Program-made: the position numbers and the translations under genes | The notes under the pieces: generated by a model | Told to the model about the DNA's origin: nothing | The model's input: the letters and a program-made list of their open reading frames with translations, nothing else | Databases searched by the model: none | Assembly (NCBI GenBank): GCA_963837005.1 | Contig: CAWIMC010000021.1 | Span: forward strand, 14,880-78,879 | Reading direction: 5' to 3' | Source of the DNA: Lewinellaceae bacterium | Lineage (GTDB): Bacteria > Bacteroidota > Bacteroidia > Chitinophagales > Saprospiraceae | DNA length: 64,000 nucleotides | In this document: in pieces, positions 48,661-58,363 of the stretch | Layout: each line of letters begins with the position of its first letter | Numbering within the stretch: the first letter of the stretch is position 1

Positions 48661-49563
48661 ATGTCTTTCACCAACGCCAAGCTCGGCCGTAACCCCCGCC
48701 GCATCGCCCTCCTCCGTGCCGAGGGCAAGTCCATCAACGACATCGCCGAAGTCTCGCCGGAGGTCGCCATGAAGCTGCTCATGCGCAGTTTCATCTACCC
48801 GCAGCGCAACGAGGCGGATGCCCGCGCCAACGTGGTGCTCGACGAGGCCGAAGCCCTCGATCTTCCCTTCGGGAAGGTGCCGCTCCAGGCGTATCGCTGG
48901 CTTGGCGACGGCTCAGGTCCGACGGTGGCGATGTTTCACGACTGGGAGCGTGAGGCGGGCTACTTCAAGGACTACATCCGGCCTCTCGTCGATAAGGGCT
49001 GCACGATTGTCGCGCTGGATGCGCCCGCTAGTGGTCGCTCGCCGGGGCATCGGCTTAGTCTACGGGACTACATCAACGCGATCCACGGTTTGCAGGAGAT
49101 GACCGGCCCTTGGCACGCCTGTGTGGGGCACGGGCTAGGGGCGGCGGCAGTGTTACAGGCCTGCGCACAGATGCCAGCAGACCAGCGGCCGATTCGTGTC
49201 GTCACCCTCGGTGCCAACGCCGACTCGATGGAGATCTTCCAGCGCAGGCTTGCTTCCCTGGGCATCGACGAGGCGGTGCGCCTCAAGTTTTGGCGAAAGC
49301 TCGAGGCCGTCGCCGACATTCCGCTCGACAGCTTCGACAACACGCAGGCCGCCGCACGTCTCGAGGGCGTCGAAGGAATGATCGTCCACGACCTCACCGA
49401 TGCTCGCTATCCCTTCGCGGATGCAGAACGCATTCAGGCGGCGTGGCCGGGTTCGGAGATCCTTGAGCTCGAAGGGTTCGGACACGAGTTGGACGGACTC
49501 GCTGTGCAGACGCGGCTCCTGCCCTTTATCGGGGCCTACAAATTATTAAAAATGGCGGCCTAA
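48661..49563 (+). CDS. Alpha/beta hydrolase (tandem paralog of 47547..48455)
   Basis: ...AMFHDWEREAGYF..., ...GHGLGAAAV... Same architecture and length. Confidence 0.75.
   Translation: MSFTNAKLGRNPRRIALLRAEGKSINDIAEVSPEVAMKLLMRSFIYPQRNEADARANVVLDEAEALDLPFGKVPLQAYRWLGDGSGPTVAMFHDWEREAGYFKDYIRPLVDKGCTIVALDAPASGRSPGHRLSLRDYINAIHGLQEMTGPWHACVGHGLGAAAVLQACAQMPADQRPIRVVTLGANADSMEIFQRRLASLGIDEAVRLKFWRKLEAVADIPLDSFDNTQAAARLEGVEGMIVHDLTDARYPFADAERIQAAWPGSEILELEGFGHELDGLAVQTRLLPFIGAYKLLKMAA
49288..49300 (-). repeat. Dispersed 15-mer, exact core copy
   Basis: ttttggcgaaagc. Encodes FWRKL. Confidence 0.8.
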
Positions 49564-49715
49564 GCTGGGAACCTTATCGCACAAATTACAGTTATACAGC
49601 CAGCAGCTCGAGCCCGCCCCTCAGCTGTTAGGTCGCTTCATAGAAGCGAGACCGTGGCGCAAGCCCAGGTTCTGCCTGGGCTTCGGCATTTCTGGACCTT
49701 TCTTTCCGGTCCATA

Positions 49716-50657
49716 TCAATACCCTTTTTCTCGATTTACGCCCGCTGGCTTCTCGCCGGTGGCACGCCAGTGCTTTACGTTCTGCGCCACGATGACGGCG
49801 GCGGAGTCGGGCTCGGTGACGGCGCTGATGTGCGGCAGGATGGTGATGCCGGGGTGAGACCACAGTGGTGAATCCTCGGGCAGCGGCTCCGTGTCGAACA
49901 CATCCAGCACGGCGTGTCGTAAGCGTCCGGTGTCGAGGGCGGCCATCAGGGCATCGTCGTCGATGATAGGTCCGCGAGCGAAGTTGACCAGGGCGGCACC
50001 CTCTTTACATTTGTCGAAGGCCGTGGTGCCCAACAGACCACGCGTGTCATCGGTGAGCGGCAGCAGACAGATGAAAATGTCGGCTTTCGCCAAAACTTGC
50101 TCGAAGCCTGGCCTCCCGGTATAGCTCCTGACGTTCGGGATGTGCTTCGGCGAGTGACTCCAGCCGATAACCTGGAAGCCATTCGCCACCAAACGTTTTG
50201 CCGCATCCGAGCCTAGCTCCCCGAGACCGAGGATGCCGACCACCGTGTCTTCGGCCGGTACGTAAGGAATCTGGAACCACCTGTGCACAGCTTGCTGCGC
50301 CGCGTACTCCGGCATCCGTCGTTGTAGATAGTATGTCCACGCCATCACCGCCTCGGTCATTCTCGCGGTGAGCATAGGGTCTACGAGTTTGGTGACGTGT
50401 ACGCCTTGCGGCAAAACCTTTACCACTGCTTCCACGCCCGCCCAAGTGCTTTGGACCCATTCTAGTCCCGTGAAGCCGACCAGGTGTTTGGCCTCCGGTC
50501 CGGCGACAATAGCAAACTTTGCGGCAGCCTTTTCTCCGTCGCTCAGCTGTGAAGCAGGCACGATGTTCTCGTTCGGCAAAACCTTCAAAAGGCGCGTAAT
50601 CCAAGGTTTGGTTTCGGCCTCCGAGTAGCGGCTGATGAAGGGAACGATGTCAGGCAT
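49716..50657 (-). CDS. D-isomer-specific 2-hydroxyacid dehydrogenase (glyoxylate/hydroxypyruvate reductase-like)
   Basis: NAD-binding ...VGILGLGELGSDAAKRL..., catalytic ...NFARGPIIDDDAL... Confidence 0.8.
   Translation of the reverse strand: MPDIVPFISRYSEAETKPWITRLLKVLPNENIVPASQLSDGEKAAAKFAIVAGPEAKHLVGFTGLEWVQSTWAGVEAVVKVLPQGVHVTKLVDPMLTARMTEAVMAWTYYLQRRMPEYAAQQAVHRWFQIPYVPAEDTVVGILGLGELGSDAAKRLVANGFQVIGWSHSPKHIPNVRSYTGRPGFEQVLAKADIFICLLPLTDDTRGLLGTTAFDKCKEGAALVNFARGPIIDDDALMAALDTGRLRHAVLDVFDTEPLPEDSPLWSHPGITILPHISAVTEPDSAAVIVAQNVKHWRATGEKPAGVNREKGY
50086..50099 (+). repeat. Dispersed 15-mer, exact copy
   Basis: ggctttcgccaaaa. On the coding (minus) strand it encodes VLAKA. Confidence 0.8.
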
Positions 50658-50666
50658 AGCGGCAAA

Positions 50667-51086
50667 CTACGTCGCGTACACCTGCGAGAAGTCCCGAAAG
50701 CCCTTGATCTCGATAGGGTTGCCGAAGGGGTCGCGCACGAAGAGCGTCCACTGCTCACCCGGCTCCCCTTCGTACCGGAGCATCGGGCGAAAGACGTAAT
50801 CAGTTTTGGCGTAAGCCGCCAGACCGTCGCGGACCTGCTCCCACTCGGTCATCGGCAGGAGGATACCGAGGTGGGGCATTGGCACGGCCAGGCCTGCTAC
50901 GAATCCCGTGTCCGAAGTCGCGAAAGGCTCACCCAAATGCAACGATATCTGGTGCCCAAAGAAGTCGAAGTCCACCCAGGTGTCTGTGCTGCGACCCTCC
51001 GTACAGCCGAGTACGCCGCTGTAGAAAGCCCGGGCCTCGTCGAGGTCGCGCACGTGAAAAGCGAGGTGAAATATGGACTGCTGCAT
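50667..51086 (-). CDS. VOC-family (glyoxalase/bleomycin-resistance/dioxygenase) protein
   Basis: MQQSIFHLAFHVRDLDEARAFYSGVLGCTEG... Confidence 0.75.
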   Translation of the reverse strand: MQQSIFHLAFHVRDLDEARAFYSGVLGCTEGRSTDTWVDFDFFGHQISLHLGEPFATSDTGFVAGLAVPMPHLGILLPMTEWEQVRDGLAAYAKTDYVFRPMLRYEGEPGEQWTLFVRDPFGNPIEIKGFRDFSQVYAT

Positions 51087-51146
51087 GGCGGCAAAGTAGC
51101 AATCAACAGACTTCGGCCCTTACGCACGAAGCCTACCTTCCCGCCG

Positions 51147-51740
51147 ATGTTGAACACGCATAACCTGCAGCGCAAGGCAGAGGAGTACCGCCGCGTCCTC
51201 GAGAATACCGTCGCCTATCGCCAGGTCTGGCAGGAGTCACTCGCCGAGCAGATCGTCGCCGCGCTGAAGAGCACGGCCGAGAGCATTGGGCTCTCCGCCA
51301 CCATCGAGCGCCGTGGGCAAATTGACCACCTCGAGGCCATCACGCTCTCGCTCGGCAACGTCGGTTCGGGCATGATCAAGGAGGTCGTCAATGGCGTGCG
51401 GCGCAACCTCATCAAACACAACGGCTCACTCGTCTACCAGCAGCTCTTCAACGGGAAGGTGATCGTCATCGTGCAGTACCCCTTCATAGAGGACTACGGG
51501 GAACGGCAGGCCCCGAAGACGATTGCCATCTACCGACCGGAGGAGCTCCGCGAACCCTACTTCCAGCGCCACATCGAGGAGCTGCTTACAGAGGCCACCA
51601 AGTGGGAGGACTACGACGACGATGAGCCGCACCAGAAGATCGGCTTCAAGCTCAACTTCGAGAAGCCGGATCTTGTCACGGAGCCACCGGCAGCCGTGCC
51701 GAAGCCAGGTAACGTAGGAGAGTCTGTTCAAAAGAAATAG
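51147..51740 (+). CDS. Hypothetical protein
   Basis: 197 aa from the ATG at 51147 (MLNTHNLQRKAEEYRRVLENT...) with an acidic C-terminus. The upstream part of track ORF 50871..51740 overlaps the VOC gene antisense. Confidence 0.5.
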   Translation: MLNTHNLQRKAEEYRRVLENTVAYRQVWQESLAEQIVAALKSTAESIGLSATIERRGQIDHLEAITLSLGNVGSGMIKEVVNGVRRNLIKHNGSLVYQQLFNGKVIVIVQYPFIEDYGERQAPKTIAIYRPEELREPYFQRHIEELLTEATKWEDYDDDEPHQKIGFKLNFEKPDLVTEPPAAVPKPGNVGESVQKK

Positions 51741-51743
51741 CTG

Positions 51744-52268
51744 GTGGGATTATTTAGAAAGCCTGGTGAAAGCTGGCGCTCGCGGCGCCTCCGCCTCGGC
51801 ATGAACGCCTACCCGATGTACTGGGGCACAGGCGGCCGCATACAGTATATAGCGGGGGACTTTCGCGAGGTGCGGCTCTCGCTCGGGCTCAATCCCTTTA
51901 CCTACAATTACGTCGGGACCATCTTCGGGGGTTCGATGTTCTCGGCGTCGGATCCGTTCTTGATGCTGATGTTCTTCCACATCCTCGGCAAGGAGAATTT
52001 CGTAGTCTGGGACAAGGCCGCGCGCATCCGCTTCAAGCGTCCTGGTAAGAGCAAGCTCACGATGCGGATTGTGATCGACGATGAGTTGTTGGCGCGTGTC
52101 CGCAAAACCGTTGGTGAGGAGCGCGTCTGGACGGAGTGGTTGCCTATCGAGTGGCTCGACGCCGAGGGCAGGGTAGTGGCCGCGCAGGAGCGCGAGGTGT
52201 ACGTGGCCGACAAGGCATACTACCGCGAGCGGCAGGCTCGGCGGGAAGTGTCGAAGGGGGGGGCGTGA
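51744..52268 (+). CDS. Hotdog-fold thioesterase-like protein (DUF4442/YiiD C-terminal-like)
   Basis: ...PFTYNYVGTIFGGSMFSASDPFLMLMF... Confidence 0.5.
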   Translation: MGLFRKPGESWRSRRLRLGMNAYPMYWGTGGRIQYIAGDFREVRLSLGLNPFTYNYVGTIFGGSMFSASDPFLMLMFFHILGKENFVVWDKAARIRFKRPGKSKLTMRIVIDDELLARVRKTVGEERVWTEWLPIEWLDAEGRVVAAQEREVYVADKAYYRERQARREVSKGGA

Positions 52269-52269
52269 G

Positions 52270-52638
52270 GTGTCGAGGGAGCTGCCGCCGCGTTTTGGGG
52301 CCTCGGGACATCCTCTAGACGGAAAGCGGTATCCCACAATTCAGCTACGGCTTCGCTACTTTGCTCCCGTGAGATTTGCCCCCCGAGAGGCGCGCCCGAA
52401 ACGCAAGAGCACCTGGCCCTGGTGGATCGGCGCGGCTTCGCTCTATCTAGCTTTAGCACCCATCGGGAGTGAGCCTCACCTGGCGGGCAAGCTGCGGTGG
52501 GTTGCCGGCGGCGGGGATGGAATGGGTACGTTGGACTGGGTAGACCTCGTGCTACACGGCCTGCCGATATTAGGGTTTAGCATCTGGCTATGGCTCAGCT
52601 ACCTGCGGCGGCGGCGCAATGCCCGCGGCGCCGCATAG
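52270..52638 (+). CDS. Hypothetical small membrane protein
   Basis: Two hydrophobic segments (WWIGAASLYLALAPIG, LVLHGLPILGFSIWLWLSYL). Confidence 0.3.
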   Translation: MSRELPPRFGASGHPLDGKRYPTIQLRLRYFAPVRFAPREARPKRKSTWPWWIGAASLYLALAPIGSEPHLAGKLRWVAGGGDGMGTLDWVDLVLHGLPILGFSIWLWLSYLRRRRNARGAA

Positions 52639-52662
52639 TGCCCCATGTCTTGGCACGCTTTC

Positions 52663-53652
52663 CTATTTGTCTTCGGTGACGGTCTCGAAGAGCTCCATGA
52701 AGCTGGCCTCGTCGATGAGTTGGATGCCGGTGCCCTGGTCGCGGAGCTCGAAGGCCTTTTGGGTCTTGGAGGTCTGCTTCTTCCAGCTCGGTGTGCCTTG
52801 CACGAGGTAGTCGGTGACTTTTGAAACTGTGCCCGTGCACTTTCCGCCCGCCTCCAGTACCAATCGCATGGCATCCTCGCGCGTGCAGTCGGTAAGCTCT
52901 CCGGTGAAGACGAAGCGTTTACCGTAGGCCGGGTGGCGCGCGTCGGATTTGGAGGTGTCGAAGGCGATGTCCTTGATGCGGGGGTGGCTTGGCCAGTTTT
53001 GCACGAAAGTGCGCTCGCGGGCGGGCCGGGGTTCAGCTTGCTGTGGCTGCTTGCGGGGTTCCCAGCGCTTGGCGCCCTTCTTGGTCGAGCTGCCGTACTG
53101 CTCGATGGTGCGTGTCTTCATGCCCACTTCGCCGAGGAGGTCATCCACACTTTCGGACTCGAACATGCGCCCGGCCTGAATCATGATTTGCGCGCAGGCA
53201 TTCGCGTCGGAGAGGGCCTGATGGTGCTGCAATTCAATACCGAGGTAGCTGCTGATGATGCCGAGTCCGTAGCGCGGGGCATCGGGCCAACACTTGCGGG
53301 CGAGCTGGACGGTGCAGGAGTAGGTGAGCGAGGGCTCGGGCAGGGAGTAGAGCCGCGCCGAGGCCCGTAGCACGCCAATGTCGAAGCTGGCGTTGTGCGC
53401 CACGATGTGCTTGTCGGCGAGGTAGGGGAGGAGGTCGTCATAGAGTTCGGCGAAGGTTGGCTCCCGCATCACCATCTGCGGGGTGATCTTGTGGATGCGG
53501 ATGTTGCCGGAGTCGAACTGATTGGGGGTAGGTCGGATGAGGCGGCGGTAGGTGTCCACGACGCGGCCGTCTTCTACCACGACGAGTCCAATTTCACAGG
53601 CGCTGCTCCAGAAGCGGTTGGCCGTTTCGAAGTCGAGGGCGACGAAGTCCAT
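52663..53652 (-). CDS. DnaQ-like 3'-5' exonuclease (DEDDh) fused to a C-terminal BRCT domain
   Basis: Exo I ...DFETAN..., Exo II ...HNASFDIGVL..., Exo III ...HQALSDANA... The C-terminal BRCT-like region is ...FVFTGELTDCTREDAMRLVLEAGGKCTGTVSKVTDYLVQG... Confidence 0.8.
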   Translation of the reverse strand: MDFVALDFETANRFWSSACEIGLVVVEDGRVVDTYRRLIRPTPNQFDSGNIRIHKITPQMVMREPTFAELYDDLLPYLADKHIVAHNASFDIGVLRASARLYSLPEPSLTYSCTVQLARKCWPDAPRYGLGIISSYLGIELQHHQALSDANACAQIMIQAGRMFESESVDDLLGEVGMKTRTIEQYGSSTKKGAKRWEPRKQPQQAEPRPARERTFVQNWPSHPRIKDIAFDTSKSDARHPAYGKRFVFTGELTDCTREDAMRLVLEAGGKCTGTVSKVTDYLVQGTPSWKKQTSKTQKAFELRDQGTGIQLIDEASFMELFETVTEDK

Positions 53653-53719
53653 ATGGGTGTGAAGGTAGGGCTCGAGACAATTTGTGTCGTGTCAGGAAAA
53701 GGAGACCTAGCTTAGGCGC

Positions 53720-54496
53720 ATGGGACAGCATGACCAACAGGACGGCACTAGGGTGTCGCGACTCTTTATGCAAGACGAGTGGGTACCCGGCTTGCACTAT
53801 CACCTGATTGGGAAGTCCGTGCCGGGGGAGTTGCTCTTCCGAGACGAGAAAGACTACCGACGCTTCCTGCGCTTGAGCCTCCGCGACGGCCTCCAGCATG
53901 TCTTCGAATTTCATGTCTACTGTCTGATTCCGAATCACTGGCACTCGGGCATTCGCACGCGGCGCTGCGAGGAGATAGTAGAGCGGCTCGCCAGGAAGAA
54001 AAAACTCCTGGCCGGGGACAAGGCGTATATCGACGGCAGTATGTCGTATGCGGAGTACGTGTCCTACTGCTTCCGCAACGCCTTCATGCGCTACGCGAAA
54101 TGGTACAACTCAAAGTATGGACGGACGGGCCAGCTCTTCATCAAGCCCACGCTCCACGGCCTTACCGACAAGGGTGATCCCGGTAAAGAATTCTCCAGGA
54201 CGATGGTGGCCTACATCGGGCTCAACTACGCCAAGCACCATCTCGCTAAGCATACGGATTTCTACCACTGGAGTTCCTTCCGCTGCAACATCTACCAGAT
54301 CATCGAGCTCGACATTGAGCGCTATTACGGCTCCGTCGAGAAATACAAGGCCTTCCACGTCTGGTATATGAAGAAGTACGGCGAGCGCTTCTTCGCGTAT
54401 GACGAGGCGGAATTCTGGCAAGCTCTTCAGCCGCGCAAGTTCATCAAGGATATAAAGGAGTGGCAGCTCGGGGAGTGGCGTAAAGGAAAGCATTGA
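53720..54496 (+). CDS. RayT-like HuH tyrosine transposase (COG1943/IS200-like Y1 family) with C-terminal extension
   Basis: ...LHYHLIGKSVPGELLFRDEKDYRRFLRLSLRDGLQHVFEFHVYCLIPNHWH... aligns with the RAYT pattern YHVxxRGNxRQxIFxDDxDRxxFLxLL...AYVLMPNHVHLL (HuH motif plus NH.H). GC is visibly below the window average. The true start is probably the M at 53771. Confidence 0.6.
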   Translation: MGQHDQQDGTRVSRLFMQDEWVPGLHYHLIGKSVPGELLFRDEKDYRRFLRLSLRDGLQHVFEFHVYCLIPNHWHSGIRTRRCEEIVERLARKKKLLAGDKAYIDGSMSYAEYVSYCFRNAFMRYAKWYNSKYGRTGQLFIKPTLHGLTDKGDPGKEFSRTMVAYIGLNYAKHHLAKHTDFYHWSSFRCNIYQIIELDIERYYGSVEKYKAFHVWYMKKYGERFFAYDEAEFWQALQPRKFIKDIKEWQLGEWRKGKH

Positions 54497-54613
54497 GCTT
54501 GCGGAAGGCTTCTGGCCCCGGGGACGGGTTCCTGCCGGCCGCTAGGCGCCGGCGGAACCCGTCCCCGGGGCCAGAAGCCGTGCTTAAGTCTTACCGAAGG
54601 CCTACGCCAACCT

Positions 54614-56384
54614 TTAGCCTTCAGACCTCCCCACCAGTCCAAGCCCCAACTCCGCCAGCTGCGCTTCACTCACACTATCTGGCGCATCAATCATCGTATC
54701 CCGCCCCTGGTTATTCTTCGGGAAGGCGATATAGTCCCTGATACTCGTCTTGCCCTGCATCACGGCACATAGCCTGTCAAAGCCAAAGGCAATGCCCCCG
54801 TGTGGCGGAGCCCCGTACTCGAAGGCACCCATCAGAAAGCCAAATTGCGCCTCGGCCTCCTCCTTGGTGAAGCCGAGCAAATCAAAGTTGCGCGCCTGTA
54901 GCTCCCGGTCGTGGATACGGATAGACCCACCACCTATCTCCGCGCCGTTGATGACCAAATCATACGCATCTGCCCGCAGGCCCTTTAATTCATTCCTATC
55001 TGTACTGCTCATAAGCTTTCGCTCTTCGGGCTTCGGGCTGGTGAAGGGGTGGTGCATGGCGTGGAAACGATTGCCGTCTTCGTCCCACTCGAGCAGCGGG
55101 AAGTCGACTACCCAGAGTGGCTTGAAGTCGCCGGGGGTGACGAGGTCCAGTTGACGACTCATCTCCAGGCGGAGCTCACCGAGTTGCTTGCGGACGCTGC
55201 TCCTCCTCGCCGGAGAGGATGAGCAGCAGGTCGCCGGGCTCGGCGTGTGCTGTTTTGGCGAAAGCCTCCAAGGCCGGAGTATCGTAAAATTTGTCGACAC
55301 TACTTTTTAAGCTCCCGTCAGCATTGACCTTCACATACACCAGGCCTTTAGCCCCTATCTGAGGCCGCTTCACCCACTCCGTGAGGCCGTCAAGTTGCTT
55401 TCGCGAAAACTCAGCCTGCCCCTTCACACAAATTCCCGCGACCAACTCGGCCTCGTCGAAGATTTTGAAGTCGTGCCCCTTAGCCTCGACATTGAAGTCT
55501 ACCAACTCCATCCCAAAGCGCAGGTCCGGCTTGTCCGATCCAAAGCGCCGCATGGCCTCGGCGTACTCCATGCGCGGGAAGTCCCCGAGATCGACGTCGA
55601 GTACCTGCTGAAAAAGGTGACGTGTCAGGCCCTCGAAAGTATTCAAGATGTCCTCCTGCTCCACGAAGGCCATCTCGCAGTCGATCTGCGTGAACTCCGG
55701 CTGCCTATCTGCCCGCAGGTCCTCGTCCCGAAAGCACTTCACGATCTGAAAATACTTGTCGAAGCCACTCACCATCAGCAGTTGCTTAAAGGTTTGCGGC
55801 GACTGCGGCAGCGCGTAAAATTCGCCCCGGTTCATGCGGCTCGGCACCACGAAGTCGCGCGCGCCCTCGGGGGTCGACTTAATAAGCACCGGCGTCTCCA
55901 CCTCGATAAAGCCTACGCCACTCAGATAAGCCCGCACAGCCTGCGCCAGCTTGCTCCGGAAGAGGATGGCCTCCTGCAAGGGCGAGCGTCGCAGGTCTAG
56001 GTAGCGGTACCGCATCCGAATGTCCTCCCCGCCGTCGGTCTCGGCCTCGATGGTGAAGGGCGGCGTCTTGGCGGCGTTAAGGACGTTGAGTGCTTTCGCA
56101 AAAACCTCCACGTCCCCGGTGGCCCGCTGCGTATTCTTCGCTTCGCGCTCGCGGACGTGGCCCTCGACCTGTACGACGAACTCGCGCCCGAGCGACTCAG
56201 CGGCTTCCTGGAGGCCTTCCCCAGAATCAGCGTCCACCACCACTTGCGTGATGCCATACCGGTCGCGCACGTCTAGGAAGACGAGACTTCCAAACTGGCG
56301 CTTACTCTGGACCCAGCCAGCGAGCGTGACGGGGGTCCCTACGTCGGTGATGCGGAGCTGGCCACAGGTATGGGTACGGTACAT
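54614..56384 (-). CDS. aspS: Aspartate--tRNA ligase with an apparent 1-nt frameshift near 55205-55215
   Basis: N-terminal part (track 55176..56498; [11 protein letters not shown]..., OB fold, motif 1/2 ...[18 protein letters not shown]...). C-terminal part (track 54614..55300; ...LGELRLEMS...FHAMHHPFT...GGGSIRIHD...AFGFDRL...). The two are in frames differing by +1. The junction reads ...GEEEQ(R)/[11 protein letters not shown]. The start is the ATG at 56384. Confidence 0.85.
55252..55265 (-). repeat. Dispersed 15-mer, exact copy
   Basis: ttttggcgaaagcc. In aspS it encodes AFAKT. Confidence 0.8.
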
Positions 56385-56564
56385 GGTAAGAGTGTTAGGA
56401 GACAAGCGGGACGCTGAAAGGACTTCCCGAGGACTTGCAAAAATGGCGGCGAAGGTAGTACCGGAGGTTTTGCGTCTCGCCCAGGTAATACCCTGCACTC
56501 CCAGGCCCTAGGAGAGGGGGTGTGACTGCTCACTGACAGTGCTAGGTCCCCCTGGCTGCTATGT

Positions 56565-57809
56565 TTGCGGCCTATTTCTAGGATGCTCTCCAACTACCGT
56601 CTCTTCACGCTCACTTTTCGACAAGCGCGGCTCGACCAGCTCGAACCGTACGCTATTCAGGCAGATGAGGTCGCAAGCACCCTCGATAGCTTGAGGGCCA
56701 ATTTGCACTGGGAGGAGGTCTTTTACCTCAACACCTGCAATCGTATCCTCTTTTTCTTCTACCAAGAAAGTCGCGACCCGACCACGATTTCGGAGTTCAG
56801 AGCTGCCCTCGGCCTCAGTGACCACGACGCGGCCATCGACCCCGTATACATGGCGGGTGGTGAAGCAATCATGCACCTCTACGATGTAGCCTGCTCAGTC
56901 GACAGTATGGTGGTCGGCGAGCGGGAGATACTCCGGCAACTCCGGCTAAGCTATGTCGCCTGCCACGAGGCCGGTCACTGCGGGGACCATCTCCGCATCC
57001 TCATGCAGAGCGCGGTCGCCGTCGCCAAGCAAGTGTACCACGAGACCAAGATCGGCCAGAAGCCAGTGTCGGTCGTGAGTCTCGCCGCCCAGCGAATCCG
57101 TCAACAGCGCCTCGACGCTGCGACTAGCCGCGTACTATTAGTCGGTGCCGGACAGACCAACTGGCTCGTCTCTAAGTTTTTGCGCAAGCAGGGCTTTCAA
57201 CACGTAACGGTCTTTAACCGGACCCTCGAGCGCGGACAGCGTCTCGCCAACACGTACCCGTCTGGACGGGCGCTTCCGCTCACCGCCCTTAAGGACTACC
57301 GTGACGGTTTCGACCTCCTCGTCGTGGCCACCGGAGCCACCGAAGCGCTCATCGATGAGCCGCTGATGGCCTCCCTGCTCAACGGGGAGTCGGGTGAGGA
57401 AAAGGTAGTCGTCGATCTCTCGATCCCGCACGCCCTTGAGCAGTCCCTGATCGAGGCGGGAGCGTTGACCTACATTCAGATCGACGACCTCCGCAAACTC
57501 GCCGAGGAGAACCTCGCCTTCCGCGGTGGCGAGGTCCGATCAGCACGCAAGCTCATCGGTATGCAGTTGGGCCGCTTTCGCGAAAACGTACAACAGCGCC
57601 GCGTTGAACTCGCCTTTAGTGAGTTGCCGAGCGAGATTCGGGCTGTCAAGGACAAGGCTATCAAGGAGGTTTTCAACCGCGAAATAGAAACGCTCGACCA
57701 GCCCACGAAAGAGCTGATCGAGCGTATGATGCACTACATGGAGCGCAAGTGTATCGGCATTCCGATGCGGGCCGCACGGAGGGCGGTCCTAGAGGAGAGC
57801 GCACTTTAA
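56565..57809 (+). CDS. hemA: Glutamyl-tRNA reductase
   Basis: ...NTCNRILFFFYQESRD... (the active-site Cys motif), NADPH-binding LLVGAGQTNWLVSKFL and a C-terminal dimerisation helix. The start may be the M at 56583. Confidence 0.85.
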   Translation: MRPISRMLSNYRLFTLTFRQARLDQLEPYAIQADEVASTLDSLRANLHWEEVFYLNTCNRILFFFYQESRDPTTISEFRAALGLSDHDAAIDPVYMAGGEAIMHLYDVACSVDSMVVGEREILRQLRLSYVACHEAGHCGDHLRILMQSAVAVAKQVYHETKIGQKPVSVVSLAAQRIRQQRLDAATSRVLLVGAGQTNWLVSKFLRKQGFQHVTVFNRTLERGQRLANTYPSGRALPLTALKDYRDGFDLLVVATGATEALIDEPLMASLLNGESGEEKVVVDLSIPHALEQSLIEAGALTYIQIDDLRKLAEENLAFRGGEVRSARKLIGMQLGRFRENVQQRRVELAFSELPSEIRAVKDKAIKEVFNREIETLDQPTKELIERMMHYMERKCIGIPMRAARRAVLEESAL

Positions 57810-57852
57810 GGTTCGGAGGCTCCTCCCGGGGACTACTCCGGCGGTCACGGGT

Positions 57853-58254
57853 CTAGCCAATGAAATTAGGTAAACCAGAGGTGATGCCGACGATGATGGC
57901 GACGATGACGGCCCACCACCAAGCGTCTAGTCGCACGGAGTCCATCATGGCGTCTCCGCCCATCAGCGCGAGTGTAGTAACGATCACTCCGCCGATCCAC
58001 CCGAAACCTGGGAGCACCAGGCCGATAAGCCCAACGATAGCGCCGACGATGACGCCGAGCAGCAGGGCACTACCGAATCCTTGGATATGCACGCCAGGGA
58101 GGACGAAAGAGCAGAGGATGAGGACAACTGCGGCGATGAGCGCCGACCAAAGGTAGCTGAGGACGCCGGCTTGGAGGACGACGACAGCGTCGAGCAGCAG
58201 CGGCTGTGAGAAGAATTGATCCATAATTAGGGTTGGGTTTGGTGATTCGTTCAA
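57853..58254 (-). CDS. Phage_holin_4_2 / DUF360-family small membrane protein
   Basis: 4 TM helices rich in G/I/V (…AVVVLQAGVLSYLWSALIAAVVLILCSFVLPGVHIQGFGSALLLGVIVGAIVGLIGLVLPG...). The probable start is MDQFF at 58224. Confidence 0.6.
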   Translation of the reverse strand: MNESPNPTLIMDQFFSQPLLLDAVVVLQAGVLSYLWSALIAAVVLILCSFVLPGVHIQGFGSALLLGVIVGAIVGLIGLVLPGFGWIGGVIVTTLALMGGDAMMDSVRLDAWWWAVIVAIIVGITSGLPNFIG

Positions 58255-58363
58255 GACCTAGGAGCAACAAACCCCGGCGACATGTTCACTGAAGCCTCCC
58301 GAGGCTCGCTCGCCACCGAGTGCAGTTCTCCGCCGCGAGTTCGGGTTCTACCTTCGCCACTAC

